A stretch of 64,000 nucleotides of DNA from Limnochordales bacterium. Lineage in GTDB: Bacteria > Bacillota > Limnochordia > Limnochordales > DUMU01. The notes beneath the pieces are model-generated. The model saw only the letters and a list, made by a program, of their open reading frames with translations. It was not told the origin of the DNA and searched no databases. The DNA lies in assembly GCA_014896315.1 (NCBI GenBank), contig JADBKP010000010.1, positions 142,087 to 206,086 on the forward strand. The letters run 5' to 3'. Shown piece by piece: positions 46,474 to 55,879 of the stretch. The translations under genes were made by a program, and so were the position numbers. How positions within the stretch are numbered: position 1 is the first letter of the stretch; each line of letters starts with the position of its first letter.

Positions 46474-47948
46474 AACCGTCTGGCCCTCTCCAGGCACGGC
46501 AACTGGGGCCTGCACCCGGCCATCGGCGGCCGCTGGCAGGCGGTCTGGGAGCCGGTTCGCCTGCCCAGGGAGCGCTGGGTGCACCTGGCCGTTGCCTTTG
46601 ACGAAGTGGCGGGGGTCTGTCTTTATATGGACGGCAGAGGGGTGGGCGTCTTCCCGGAAGTAAAGGGGGCACTTGCCCCTCCTGACGGACTCGACCTTTA
46701 CATCGGGCGAAACAGTCTGGACATCACTGTTGCCGGTATCTTCCAGACGGGTGTAGTGCATGGGCTTATCGATGAGGTCAAGATCTACAACCGGGCCCTG
46801 TCGGCGGCTGAGGTCGAGAACGCCTTCAACCTGTGCCGTCCGGCCACCGATCCCGATTTCCGGGTACGGCCCGAGCGTTTCGACCGTGATATGCACCGGC
46901 CCCGCTATCATCCAATTCCGCCGGCCAACTGGACCAACGAGCCGCACGGCCCGATCTTCTGGCGGGGACGCTACCACGTCTTCTACCAGGCCAATCCCAA
47001 TGGTCCGTATTGGGGTCAAATCCATTGGGGTCACTCGGTCAGCCGTGACCTGGTTCATTGGGAGTACCTGCCACCGGCTCTTGCGCCCGAGCCCGGGCCA
47101 GACCAGGCCGGTTGTTGGTCGGGGTGCACCGTGACCGACGGGGAAGTGGTTACCGCCATCTACACAGGGGAACAGCTGCCGTACCAGGTACAAAACATCG
47201 CCCAGAGCCGGGATGAATTGCTGCTCAAGTGGGAGAAGCACCCGGCCAATTCGGTGATTCCCGGTCCGCCTGAGGGGTTTGAGATCGTCAGTGGCTTTCG
47301 CGATCCGTGGGCCTGGCGGGAGGGCGACTTCTGGTATCTTATCGTCGGTTGCGGCCTGGCAGGCATTGGCGGGCTAACCTGTTCGGACTTCCCCGCATCT
47401 TCACGTTGCGCCCGGACAGGTTCCTGGGCCAGCAGCCCGTTCCCGAACTGGCCGTGTTGCGTGGGGCGCACCGGCAGTTCAGCAACATAGCTGTGGACGG
47501 CACAAGTGGTGTGGCGGCGTACCAGTCAGACGTGGAAGTGCTGCGGGGGCTGGCCGGCGACAGCCTGGAACTTGTGGCCGAGTTTGATCCCGAGAGCAGG
47601 GAGCAGTTTGGCTTCAAGCTGCGCCGTTCACCGGACGGGCAGGAGGAGACGCTCCTGTACTACGATTCCAGCACCCGGCGGATGTGTGTGGATAAAGACC
47701 GAGCCTCATTAAACCCCTGTGTGGAGCGCGGGGTGCAGGGAGGGCCGTTTGCCCTCCGTCCCGGTGAACCGCTGCAGCTTCATATCTTTATCGATCGCTC
47801 AGTGATCGAGGTTTTCATCAACGGGAGGGCGACCCTCACCACCAGAGTCTATCCGACCCGGCCAGACAGCCTGGGAATCGATCTTTTCTGCCGCGCCGGG
47901 CAGGCGCTGCTGCGGTCGCTGGATGTGTGGGGGATGGAGTCGATTTAG
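46474..47948 (+). pseudogene. LamG (C-terminal half) + GH32 gene with frameshifts and an internal deletion that removes the central catalytic region
   Basis: LamG: ..GNWGLHPAIGGRWQAVWEPVRLPRERWVHLAVAFDEVAGVCLYMDGRGVG..LIDEVKIYNRALSAAEV. GH32: HRPRYHPIPPANWTNEPHGPIFWRGRYHVFYQANPNGPYWGQIHWGH..GFRDPWAW..GLAGIGG, followed by a frame change straight into ..ANLFGLPRIFTLRPDRFLGQQPVPEL and the C-terminal beta-sandwich (..IFIDRSVIEVFINGRATLTTRVYP). Confidence 0.75.
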
Positions 47949-48023
47949 CGGAGTGTCTCAGAGGGGTGAAGGGGTGTCCGTATGGGTGAACACGTAGGAA
48001 GAAGAGAGACGGCGCCGGTCCGA

Positions 48024-49392
48024 ATGTCGTTCTTGCTGGCCGCACTCCTTGCGATGTTCGTCGCAGGGGGACAGGCTGTGGCCGGCACCGGGCCCGACAC
48101 CTCCGGGGAGGGGGGCCAATTCTGATCTCTTAGCCTGGTGGCGGCTGGACGAAAGCGAAGGCCAGGAGGCTCTCGACAGCGTGGCGGGCGTGGCGGATTG
48201 GGTGAGCAACAACTTTGCCGCACCCGAGTGGCGACCCGGGGTGGCGGGGAATGCGCTCCTTTTGGACGGGTATTCGACGTGGATCGAACGTCCGGCCGAC
48301 AGTGAGGCGGCTCTGCGGCTGGGCAACGCCTTCACCATCGAGGCATGGATCGCCCTTCCCTTCTACCCGGCTTCGGCCGCGCCCATCATCAACCAGCTGG
48401 ATGGATTGCCGGGACGGGCGCCAAGCGAGGGCTTTTTCTTCGGGGTACACAACTGGGGTGGCTGGAGCTTCCAGGTATCGGTGGATGGGGCGTGGACCAC
48501 CATCTGGGCGAAAGTCCCGCTGCCGAAGAAAGAGTGGGTGCATGTGGCCGCCACCTTTGACGGAGAGGCAGGCCGGCTCGCCCTATACATGAACAGAGAG
48601 AACGTAGGGGAAAAGAAGGTGACGCCCGGCCGGTTTGTGCCGGCGGAAAAGGCCGGGTTGATGTTGGGACGGCACGTTCAGACACCCTTCATGCATAGGG
48701 TTTTCCCCACGGGCGTGTTCCATGGTCTTCTGGATGAGGTGAAGATCCACCGGCGAGCGCTGAGCGACGACGAGATACGCCGTTCATACTTGGCCTACAA
48801 ACCGTCACAGATAGGAGAGCCCGATCTTCGGGTTCGCTGGGATATGTTTGCTGGTGATCGCCAGCGTCCCCAGTATCACTTCCTGCCGCCGGCCAACTGG
48901 ATGAATGAACCGCACGCTCCGATCAAGTGGCAGGGCCGCTACCACATCTTCTACCAGCACAACCCAAACGGCCCGTACTGGGGCAACATCCACTGGGGTC
49001 ATGCGGTAAGTGAAGACTTGATCCACTGGACGCACCTGCCGGTGGCACTGGCGCCTCAGTCCGGTCCTGACCAGGCCGGCGTCTGGTCGGGACGGGCAGT
49101 GGCGGATGGTGAGCGGGTGCTTATCTTCTACACCGGAGAAGTCTTGCCCCACCAGGTGCAAAATCTGGCTACCAGTACCGACGAGCTGCTGCTTGAGTGG
49201 ACGAGAGATCCGGGCAACCCCATAATCCCCGGGCCACCGCCGGGTTATGAGATTGTCAGCGGTTTTCGTGACCCGTTCGTCTGGAAGCAGGGAGACACCT
49301 TGTACATGATCGTTGGCTCGGGCATCGCGGGACAGGGCGGCACGGCATTCTTATACCGCTCGAAGGATAAGGACCTGAAGGAGTGGGCCTGA
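48024..49392 (+). pseudogene. Signal peptide (frameshifted at a G6 run) + LamG + GH32 N-terminal half, truncated after ..FLYRSKDKDLKEWA
   Basis: ATG 48024 gives MSFLLAALLAMFVAGGQAVAGTGPDTSGEGG, which stops at 48125. ORF 48049..49392 in another frame carries LamG (WVHVAATFDGEAGRLALYMN, LLDEVKIHRRALSDDEI) and GH32 (QRPQYHFLPPANWMNEPHAPIKWQGRYHIFYQHNPNGPYWGNIHWGH, GFRDPFVW). There is no EC motif and no C-terminal sandwich. A 1-nt change in gggggg (48110-48115) would join the frames. Confidence 0.7.
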
Positions 49393-49630
49393 TAGTGCCC
49401 GGTCGGCGGAGTGCGAAGTTCGGAGGCCAGAGTGCTAAGTGTGGGGGCCCAGGTCCCGAGGCCGGGCCCGACCCACCGGGTAAATGGTTTTGCGTGTCAG
49501 ATGTTGCATTTTTGCAACCCATGAACCGCGGGGGTATGCTCATCCCGCATCCCCTGGCGGGCTGGCGTTGCAAGATAGCGCCGGCGAGATAGCGCCAGCG
49601 GAGGGGGTAGCAAGCAGCAGCTGTAATGCA

Positions 49631-49668
49631 GATGGCTGAGCCCATGGGTTAGGTTGAGCTCAGCCATC
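49631..49668 (-). terminator. Stem-loop downstream of pstS (terminator candidate; no U-tract)
   Basis: gatggctgagc (49631-49641) pairs perfectly with gctcagccatc (49658-49668). The stem is 11 bp and the loop 16 nt. Confidence 0.4.
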
Positions 49669-49722
49669 CGCGGGGCTGGTTGGGGGGAGGTGGTATCAGT
49701 CCACGCGCCGTGTCGATCCGAA

Positions 49723-50799
49723 TCAGAACTGGACATTGTCCAGTGCTTGCAGGACCTTCTCCTGGAGACTATCGGGAAGGGGTACGTAGTCAAGGCTTTC
49801 GGCCGCGGCATCGCCATTCTTCAGAGCCCACTTGATCACGTCCACGAGAGCCTTGCCTTTGACCGGGTCGGTCTGCTTTTCGTAGATCAGAAGCCAGGTA
49901 AACCCGGCGATCGGGTAGGCGTCAGGCCCCGGCGCATTGACGATCATCGTCCGGAAATCGGCCGGCATGTTCGCCGAGGCCATGGCCGCCCTGGTTGTTT
50001 CCAAGGAAGCGGTGACGAAGCGGCCGGCGGCATTCTGGAGGGCGGCGTGCGGCAGATTGTTCTGCTTAGCGTAGGCAAGTTCGACATAGCCGATCGCACC
50101 CGGCAGTTGCCGCACGTAGGCGGCTACGCCCGGATTACCCTTCCCGGCGGCAGCTTCCACCGGCCAGTTGACGGATGTGCCGGCGCCGACCTTAGTCGCC
50201 CATTCCGGGCTGACGGCACTCAAATATGAAGTGAATATATTCGTGGTTCCGCTGCCATCCGAACGGTGGACGACGGAGATGGGAAGCGCTGGTAGTTTAA
50301 TGCCAGGGTTGATGGCGGCAAGCCGCGGGTCATTCCAGCGGGTGATCTTGCCGAGGAAGATGTCAACGAGAACATCAGGCGTCAGCTGGAGCTTAGGATT
50401 GCCTGGCAGGTTGTAGATTACGACGACGGCGCCGGCTACGGTGGGGATGTGCAGAATCTTTGCGGGCATCGATTTCAGTTCAGCATCAGTCAAAAAAGCG
50501 TCGCTTGCACCGAAATCCACCTGTCTGCCCCGAATCGCCCGGATTCCACCGCCGCTGCCGATACCTTGATAGTTGATACGCACTTCTGGATGCAGACGGT
50601 TGTATTCAGCAAACCATTTCTCGTAGATTGGCTGGGGAAAAGTGGCGCCGGCGCCGGTAAGAGTTACGGTTTGGGCTGCAGAAGCAGTTGTTGCCGTCAA
50701 ACTTGCCGCAGTAGCGAGAACGGAACCAATAATCGTGGATGCGAGGGCAACTTTCAGGCTACGTCTTCCGGACACACTCAGCAATGGAACAGATAGCAT
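49723..50799 (-). CDS. pstS: Phosphate ABC transporter substrate-binding protein PstS
   Basis: The ORF track starts at TTG 50841; ATG 50799 lies 7 nt after AGGAGG. It has a signal peptide, then TLTGAGATFPQPIYEKWFAEYNRLHPEVRINYQGIGSGGGIRAI, the PstS signature. Confidence 0.9.
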   Translation of the reverse strand: MLSVPLLSVSGRRSLKVALASTIIGSVLATAASLTATTASAAQTVTLTGAGATFPQPIYEKWFAEYNRLHPEVRINYQGIGSGGGIRAIRGRQVDFGASDAFLTDAELKSMPAKILHIPTVAGAVVVIYNLPGNPKLQLTPDVLVDIFLGKITRWNDPRLAAINPGIKLPALPISVVHRSDGSGTTNIFTSYLSAVSPEWATKVGAGTSVNWPVEAAAGKGNPGVAAYVRQLPGAIGYVELAYAKQNNLPHAALQNAAGRFVTASLETTRAAMASANMPADFRTMIVNAPGPDAYPIAGFTWLLIYEKQTDPVKGKALVDVIKWALKNGDAAAESLDYVPLPDSLQEKVLQALDNVQF

Positions 50800-50880
50800 A
50801 GCCATACCTCCTGGCGCTGGTAGGAGTGCGGTACTGATCAACTTTAGCGTATTGATCGTACCGGTAGTATATTGCGGCGT

Positions 50881-50935
50881 GAACGTTACAGTTAGATCGC
50901 AGTTCGGTAACGGTCGAGTAAAAGTTAGGTTAAGG
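50881..50935 (-). promoter_or_regulatory. Pho-box-like direct repeats upstream of pstS
   Basis: The coding strand reads ccTTAACCtaactTTTACtcgaccgTTACCgaactgcgatcTAACtgTAACgttcac. TT(A/T)AC-type hexamers recur at about 11-12-nt spacing, followed by a tatact -10-like hexamer about 60 nt before the start. Confidence 0.35.
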
Positions 50936-51048
50936 TTGCAGATTATGGCTGGTTGCGGCCGGGTTAGAGGGGATAGTGGTTCGGGCCGAGTTGCTGGGGT
51001 TAGGATACCACTGAAAGGCCCGAACCACTCGGGACTTCCGGCAAAGTG

Positions 51049-53415
51049 CTACAAGCTCGACGCTTTCAGGAACTCGGCCAGCACAACGAGGTAGCGGGCA
51101 TCATCGCGGAGCCTCTCGAGCGCGGTGCGGGCGTCTTCCGTAAGCGTCCCGTTGGCCAGCTCGGACTCGGCTGCTGCCATGGTGCGCTTCACTTCTGGCA
51201 ATAGCTGGACGGGTACTTCATCACCCGGTGCACTCTCCATGGCAGCTGAGGCAGCTGAGGCTTCGTACTGGCGGGCCAGGGCTTCAAGCCGGGCGACGAT
51301 GGGCTCGGGCAGCACGCCCAAGGCCCTGGACCGTCTCCACTTGCGCAAGAAAGCAGCAAGCTGAGCGTTCCATGCACCGGCCGGATCAGCGAGCGGAGAG
51401 ATGGCCCTGTTCCGGAACGGCCCATCCGCCAGGCGCTGGAAGAATTCACCCTGGAGAGTGCTGGCCGCAAAAAACACTATACCGGGGGAGAGCAGTTGAC
51501 GCGCGGAAGCGACCTCGTCCAGCATGCGTTCCGGCGTGAGCAGCCATATCCCGAGGCCAGGCAGGACCTTGGCCGGTTCGGCGGCCGCTTGCGCGTCAGC
51601 GGTGCGCGACCAGAATTCGCCCGGGAACGCGGTGTAGTTCATGATGGCGACGAAGTCAAGCCAGCCTTGCTTCAGCCAGAGAGGCCAGTTTTGGTGGGTT
51701 TCGCGCCGGGCGGCCTGCGGATCGGGGACTACCGCTGCCGAGATAAGCAGGGTGGGACGAACTTGCCGCAACTTTTCCACTGTTTCTTGGAGAAAGCCGG
51801 TCACCAGCTGCTCCCGCCACTCGTCCCAGCGGTCGGCAGCCGGTGAACCGGGTGCGATCGTCCGGGCATCCAGGCCGGTTTCTTCTTCGAATCGTTGCAA
51901 AGTGGCGGGAGAGTAACCGAACGGGGCATGGCTTTCCTCATTGAACCGTATGTAGTCGAGGTGTATGCCGTCGACGTCATACTTGGTGACGATCTCGAGC
52001 AGCAGCTTTTGCACGTAAGTGCGGACCTCGGGAAGGCTGATGTTGAGCCAGGCCGTTCCCCACTCCGTGGGGGAGAAGGGGGAGCCGTCCCGGGAAAGTT
52101 CGGCCCAGTCGGGATGTTGTTGCAGCAACGGACCGAACTCGTGGTAGTAACCGGCGGCAAAGGTCCATACCCAGGGTGCCACCTGGATGCCTCTGGCATG
52201 GGCTTCGGCTGTTATAAAAGCCAGCGGGTCTACATCGCTCCAGCGCCAATACTCCGGATCGTGGGGGGCGAGCTCACTTGGGAAGGCGGCGGCGCTGCGC
52301 CAGACGATCTCGGGAAAGATCAGGTTGACGCCGAGGGCGGCCAGGCGGTCGAGCAGGGAGCGGACCGCATCCGGCCCGGCGAGGAGGGCGGGGCGATCGA
52401 CCCATACCGCCCTGACCTCGGCAACGCGGGACTCGATAGCAAGCGCCGCGGCCCGTTCGGCAAGGGTCCTGGCTGCGGTGGCCTGCCGGGCTGCTTCGTC
52501 ATCGGCCTGTTTGTCGTAGGCGGCCCGGGCCGATGACAGGAGTGCCCGGGCCTGGTCCAGGAGCGTGTCGATGGCCCGGTCGTCCACATCATCCCAGCGG
52601 GCCTCGGCCGCGGCCCGGGCCTCGTCCGCCCGGGCGCAGGCCTCTTCGGCTGCCCGGATCTTCAGCCAGACCGGGCGAAACGCTCCCGCACCGGTCGTCG
52701 CAGCCGATTCGGCCAGCAACTGGATCTCCCGGATCTGCACCCAGTAAACCTGATTGCGGGTCACTCGCAGTCGCAGGTAACGCACGGGGCGAGAAGGGAA
52801 GCGGATCTCCACTTCCGCCTGGCCGGTAAGCTCGCCCACCATCTGCCAGGATCCCGAAGCTCCGCGGACGAGAACCTGACCGGCGTAAACATAGTCGTCC
52901 GGTCGAACGGTGTCTTGCGAGTCGTTGGGGCGCGCACTTTCTGGGAAGGTTCCCATGAGGAAACGGACGCCGTTCAACCGGTATTCGGCTCCCAGATCCA
53001 GCTCCAACCAGTCACCGGCCCGCACTTCGCGGCCCGACCAGTAAAAGGTGGAGAGATCCCCGTCTATAGCCCGGCCAAGTTCCATACCCTGGGCTTCGCC
53101 CCAGTTGCTGGTGGTGATCGTGAGGTCGGGAATGATCACCCATTCGGCGGCAGGCGTAGTAGCCGCCGGTGCGTTCTCGGCCGCAGTCGCAGCGAGCAGG
53201 GGTGCGGCCCGGAGCTGCATGAGCGTGGCAAGCACCCCGATCAGGCCGGCCAGAAGTCGTGCATTCCCCCGCTGACGGATCGGCGCAATCGGCGCAAAGC
53301 GAGAAAGCGGTGAAGACGGCGGCCGCTCGCCGGGGCGTCCGGCTGCCAAGCCGCGTTCAACAACTCCACGCAGTGATTCGGACGAAGCGGGTGCGATCGT
53401 CTCCTGGTTTGTCAT
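51049..53415 (-). CDS. Single-pass membrane protein: short cytoplasmic tail, TM, F5/8-type-C (CBM32-like) domain, helical linker, GHL10 (DUF187/YngK-like) TIM barrel, helical C-terminal extension
   Basis: 788 aa with the ATG 6 nt after GGAGGAGGAG. TM segment LLAGLIGVLATLMQL. CBM32-like: AIDGDLSTFYWSGREVRAGDWLELDLG..VRYLRLRVT..VYWVQIREIQL. GHL10: EVRAVWVDRP..DPLAFITAEAHARGIQVAPWVW..TAWLN..DVDGIHLDYIRFNEE. Confidence 0.85.
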   Translation of the reverse strand: MTNQETIAPASSESLRGVVERGLAAGRPGERPPSSPLSRFAPIAPIRQRGNARLLAGLIGVLATLMQLRAAPLLAATAAENAPAATTPAAEWVIIPDLTITTSNWGEAQGMELGRAIDGDLSTFYWSGREVRAGDWLELDLGAEYRLNGVRFLMGTFPESARPNDSQDTVRPDDYVYAGQVLVRGASGSWQMVGELTGQAEVEIRFPSRPVRYLRLRVTRNQVYWVQIREIQLLAESAATTGAGAFRPVWLKIRAAEEACARADEARAAAEARWDDVDDRAIDTLLDQARALLSSARAAYDKQADDEAARQATAARTLAERAAALAIESRVAEVRAVWVDRPALLAGPDAVRSLLDRLAALGVNLIFPEIVWRSAAAFPSELAPHDPEYWRWSDVDPLAFITAEAHARGIQVAPWVWTFAAGYYHEFGPLLQQHPDWAELSRDGSPFSPTEWGTAWLNISLPEVRTYVQKLLLEIVTKYDVDGIHLDYIRFNEESHAPFGYSPATLQRFEEETGLDARTIAPGSPAADRWDEWREQLVTGFLQETVEKLRQVRPTLLISAAVVPDPQAARRETHQNWPLWLKQGWLDFVAIMNYTAFPGEFWSRTADAQAAAEPAKVLPGLGIWLLTPERMLDEVASARQLLSPGIVFFAASTLQGEFFQRLADGPFRNRAISPLADPAGAWNAQLAAFLRKWRRSRALGVLPEPIVARLEALARQYEASAASAAMESAPGDEVPVQLLPEVKRTMAAAESELANGTLTEDARTALERLRDDARYLVVLAEFLKASSL

Positions 53416-53418
53416 CGG

Positions 53419-55716
53419 CTACTCCTCCTCCGATGTTTTGGACCGGACGTCGGTCTGGTTGCCGCTGTGGGTGACCTTTGACCGAAGGGTGTTGCGGAGC
53501 GGCTTACCGGGATCGAGCGGTTTGGCACGCCTGCGGAATGGCCCCTCGGCCAGCACGATCTGCGCCTTCTCCGCCAGGGTGCTGGCGGAGTACAGGCAGA
53601 TCCCGGTGGCCACCCGACTTTGACGGGCCACGGTGATCTGGTCGACCAGCTCTGCGGGGGTCAGCAGCCAGCTGCCGATTCCGTGCAAAAGGCCGGTCCG
53701 GACCGGGCCTGACGCTGTCCTGGCGACAAACTCCCCCTCTCCGGCCAGGACGCGCTGGCGAAAGACCTCCAGGGAGGGGGTGTAGTTGGTTGTTACCAGG
53801 CAGTCGACAAGAGGCCGTCTGCCTTTGCCGCCGACCCATTCCGGCCAGGCCTGATGCATCTCCCCCAAGGCGAACTGAGGGTCGGGCCAGACGGTGGCCG
53901 AGAGCTCTTTGCCGTGCCGGTGAACCACCCGCGCGATGGTGCGCAGAAGGGCGGTGACGTTGCGAGCCCGCCACCGGTTGAAATCGAGCGCCCCGACGCC
54001 GTCTTTCTGCTTTTCCCGATTTTCCCGATTACCCCGAGCTTGAGCCCGGGCGAACGCCGCCAGGCTCGCAGGCGCATAGCCGAAAGGAGCCAGGCTTTCT
54101 TCGTGGTATCGCAGGTAGTCCAGGTGCAAGCCGGCGAGCGGGTAGCTCGCAAGGAGTTCCTCTGCCAGTTCGGCAAAGAATCGACGGACGGCCGGGAGGG
54201 CCGGATTCAGCCAGGCGGTGCCTTGCGGAGTTGGGGCGATGGTATCACCCGAAATAGAACGGTCGGCCCAGTCGGGATGCCGGCGAAGCAGCGGACCTTC
54301 GTCAAAGTCGTAACCAGCACAGAGAACCCATAGCCAGGGCACAACCACTATGCCGCGCCGGCCCCCTTCTTGCAGCAGGAAGGCGAGCGGGTCTTCGTCG
54401 TTCCAAACCTGGCGCATGCTCTCGTCCGCCGGGGCGATCCGGCTGGGATAAGCGGCCGCTCCGCGGCTGAATACCTCAGCAAAGGCCAGGTTGATACCCA
54501 GGTCGTGGAACCGATCGAGCTGCCGCCGCAGCTCCGACGGCCCGCCGAGCAATGCCGGGCGGTCTATCCAGATCGCCCGTGTCTCTTGTTCCCGGCTTTC
54601 TACGGTCAGGGCAGCCGCCCGGTCCGCCAGGCGGGCCGCGCGAGCCGCCGTGCTCTTTACTCCCTGCTCGCCGGCGGGGGCGCGCCGGTACGACTCCCGC
54701 GCCTTCTCCAGGAGAGCTTTGGCCAGGTCCAGCTCCGCACGGGCAGGTTGGATTTCAGACTGATCGGTGGCGGCCGCCCGTGCCAGGCAGGCTTCGGCGC
54801 GGGTCACCGCCTGTTCCGCGCGGCGGAGAAAGAGCCAGGCCGGCTGGTGCGGGCTGGCTCCGGGAGGACATAGCAGGCGTATTTCCCGGATCTGCGCCCA
54901 GTAGACCTGGTCGGCGGTGACCAGGATGCGTAGATAGCGCGCCGGCCGTGCGGGAAAAGAGAGTGAGAGTTCCGGCAGCCCGTTTAACCGGCCGACAGTC
55001 TGCCAGTCTTGCTGGTCCGCGGAGAGTTGAATTACCCCTGTGTACAGGTAATCTGCCGGGCGCACGTACTCGCCAGTGAAACTACCCATGAAAAGATGAA
55101 TTCCACAGACGGGGTACTGCTCGCCGAGATCGATGAGAAGATAGTCGCCGGTCCTGGGGGGCCTTTCGGTCCAGTAGAACGTATCCAGGTCGCCATCCAG
55201 AGCTGCCTCCGGCCGCGTCCCGAGCGCTGCGCCCAGGTTGCTTGTCTCAAGACGTGCCGCGGGCACGATCAGCCATTCCGGGCTGGCAGAAGAAAGAGGC
55301 GCAGAGCCTGGCAAAGGCAGCTGAGGAGGTGAACAGGCAAGCAGATGGTTTCCCCCCGCTGCTGCCAGGCGGGCAGCAAGCCTCCACTGCGCCAGGACTT
55401 GATCGCGCGTCAAATGGGCGAGGCCGGTAAGAGCCAGGCGCACGCGTTCGGGCACTCGCCCGGCTGCCAGAACCAGCTCGTCAGGAGCGGGATGCTGGAA
55501 GTAGTCGGCCAGCTGGCGCACAACTGCTTCGGACGGGGTGGTCACCCCGCGTTCTAGCTGGCTGAGGTAGGCAAAGTGCAGTCCCACTTCCGCGGAGAGG
55601 CGGCGCAGGCTGAGGCCGCGGGCGAGCCGGCTCTGACGCAACCAGCGGGCAAACCTCAACTCGGGTGCCTCTGCTTCATGATCTAAGAGAAGCATATCCT
55701 GCTGGTGACTTTTCAT
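53419..55716 (-). CDS. XRE-family HTH fused to a CBM32-like domain and a GHL10 (DUF187) glycosidase-like TIM barrel; no TM segment seen
   Basis: 765 aa. HTH: FARWLRQSRLARGLSLRRLSAEVGLHFAYLSQLERGVTTPSEAVVRQLADYF. CBM32-like: ALDGDLDTFYWTERPPRTGDYLLIDLG..ARYLRILVT..VYWAQIREIRL. GHL10: ETRAIWIDRP..DPLAFLLQEGGRRGIVVVPWLWV..TAWLNP..LAGLHLDYLRYHEE. The next gene starts 3 nt after its stop. Confidence 0.85.
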   Translation of the reverse strand: MKSHQQDMLLLDHEAEAPELRFARWLRQSRLARGLSLRRLSAEVGLHFAYLSQLERGVTTPSEAVVRQLADYFQHPAPDELVLAAGRVPERVRLALTGLAHLTRDQVLAQWRLAARLAAAGGNHLLACSPPQLPLPGSAPLSSASPEWLIVPAARLETSNLGAALGTRPEAALDGDLDTFYWTERPPRTGDYLLIDLGEQYPVCGIHLFMGSFTGEYVRPADYLYTGVIQLSADQQDWQTVGRLNGLPELSLSFPARPARYLRILVTADQVYWAQIREIRLLCPPGASPHQPAWLFLRRAEQAVTRAEACLARAAATDQSEIQPARAELDLAKALLEKARESYRRAPAGEQGVKSTAARAARLADRAAALTVESREQETRAIWIDRPALLGGPSELRRQLDRFHDLGINLAFAEVFSRGAAAYPSRIAPADESMRQVWNDEDPLAFLLQEGGRRGIVVVPWLWVLCAGYDFDEGPLLRRHPDWADRSISGDTIAPTPQGTAWLNPALPAVRRFFAELAEELLASYPLAGLHLDYLRYHEESLAPFGYAPASLAAFARAQARGNRENREKQKDGVGALDFNRWRARNVTALLRTIARVVHRHGKELSATVWPDPQFALGEMHQAWPEWVGGKGRRPLVDCLVTTNYTPSLEVFRQRVLAGEGEFVARTASGPVRTGLLHGIGSWLLTPAELVDQITVARQSRVATGICLYSASTLAEKAQIVLAEGPFRRRAKPLDPGKPLRNTLRSKVTHSGNQTDVRSKTSEEE

Positions 55717-55816
55717 CGGTTATCGGTTCACCTGCTTGTTAATGGGTGGGCACCGTTGGCTCGTGGTACCACCCGTTTGTGAACCAGTATTCCGCAAGCA
55801 TGGCAGGATTCCCTTC

Positions 55817-55841
55817 TGTAGTGTAGAAATACTACACTACA
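55817..55841. promoter_or_regulatory. Perfect 10-5-10 inverted repeat; candidate operator in the divergent promoter region between the HTH-GHL10 gene and the SBP/GHL10 operon
   Basis: tgtagtgtag aaata ctacactaca. The right arm overlaps a tacaat -10-like hexamer (55837-55842), about 38 nt before the SBP GTG at 55880. Confidence 0.6.
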
Positions 55842-55879
55842 ATCACCAACCGCCCCTGCGGAACAAGGAGGGAGTATCC

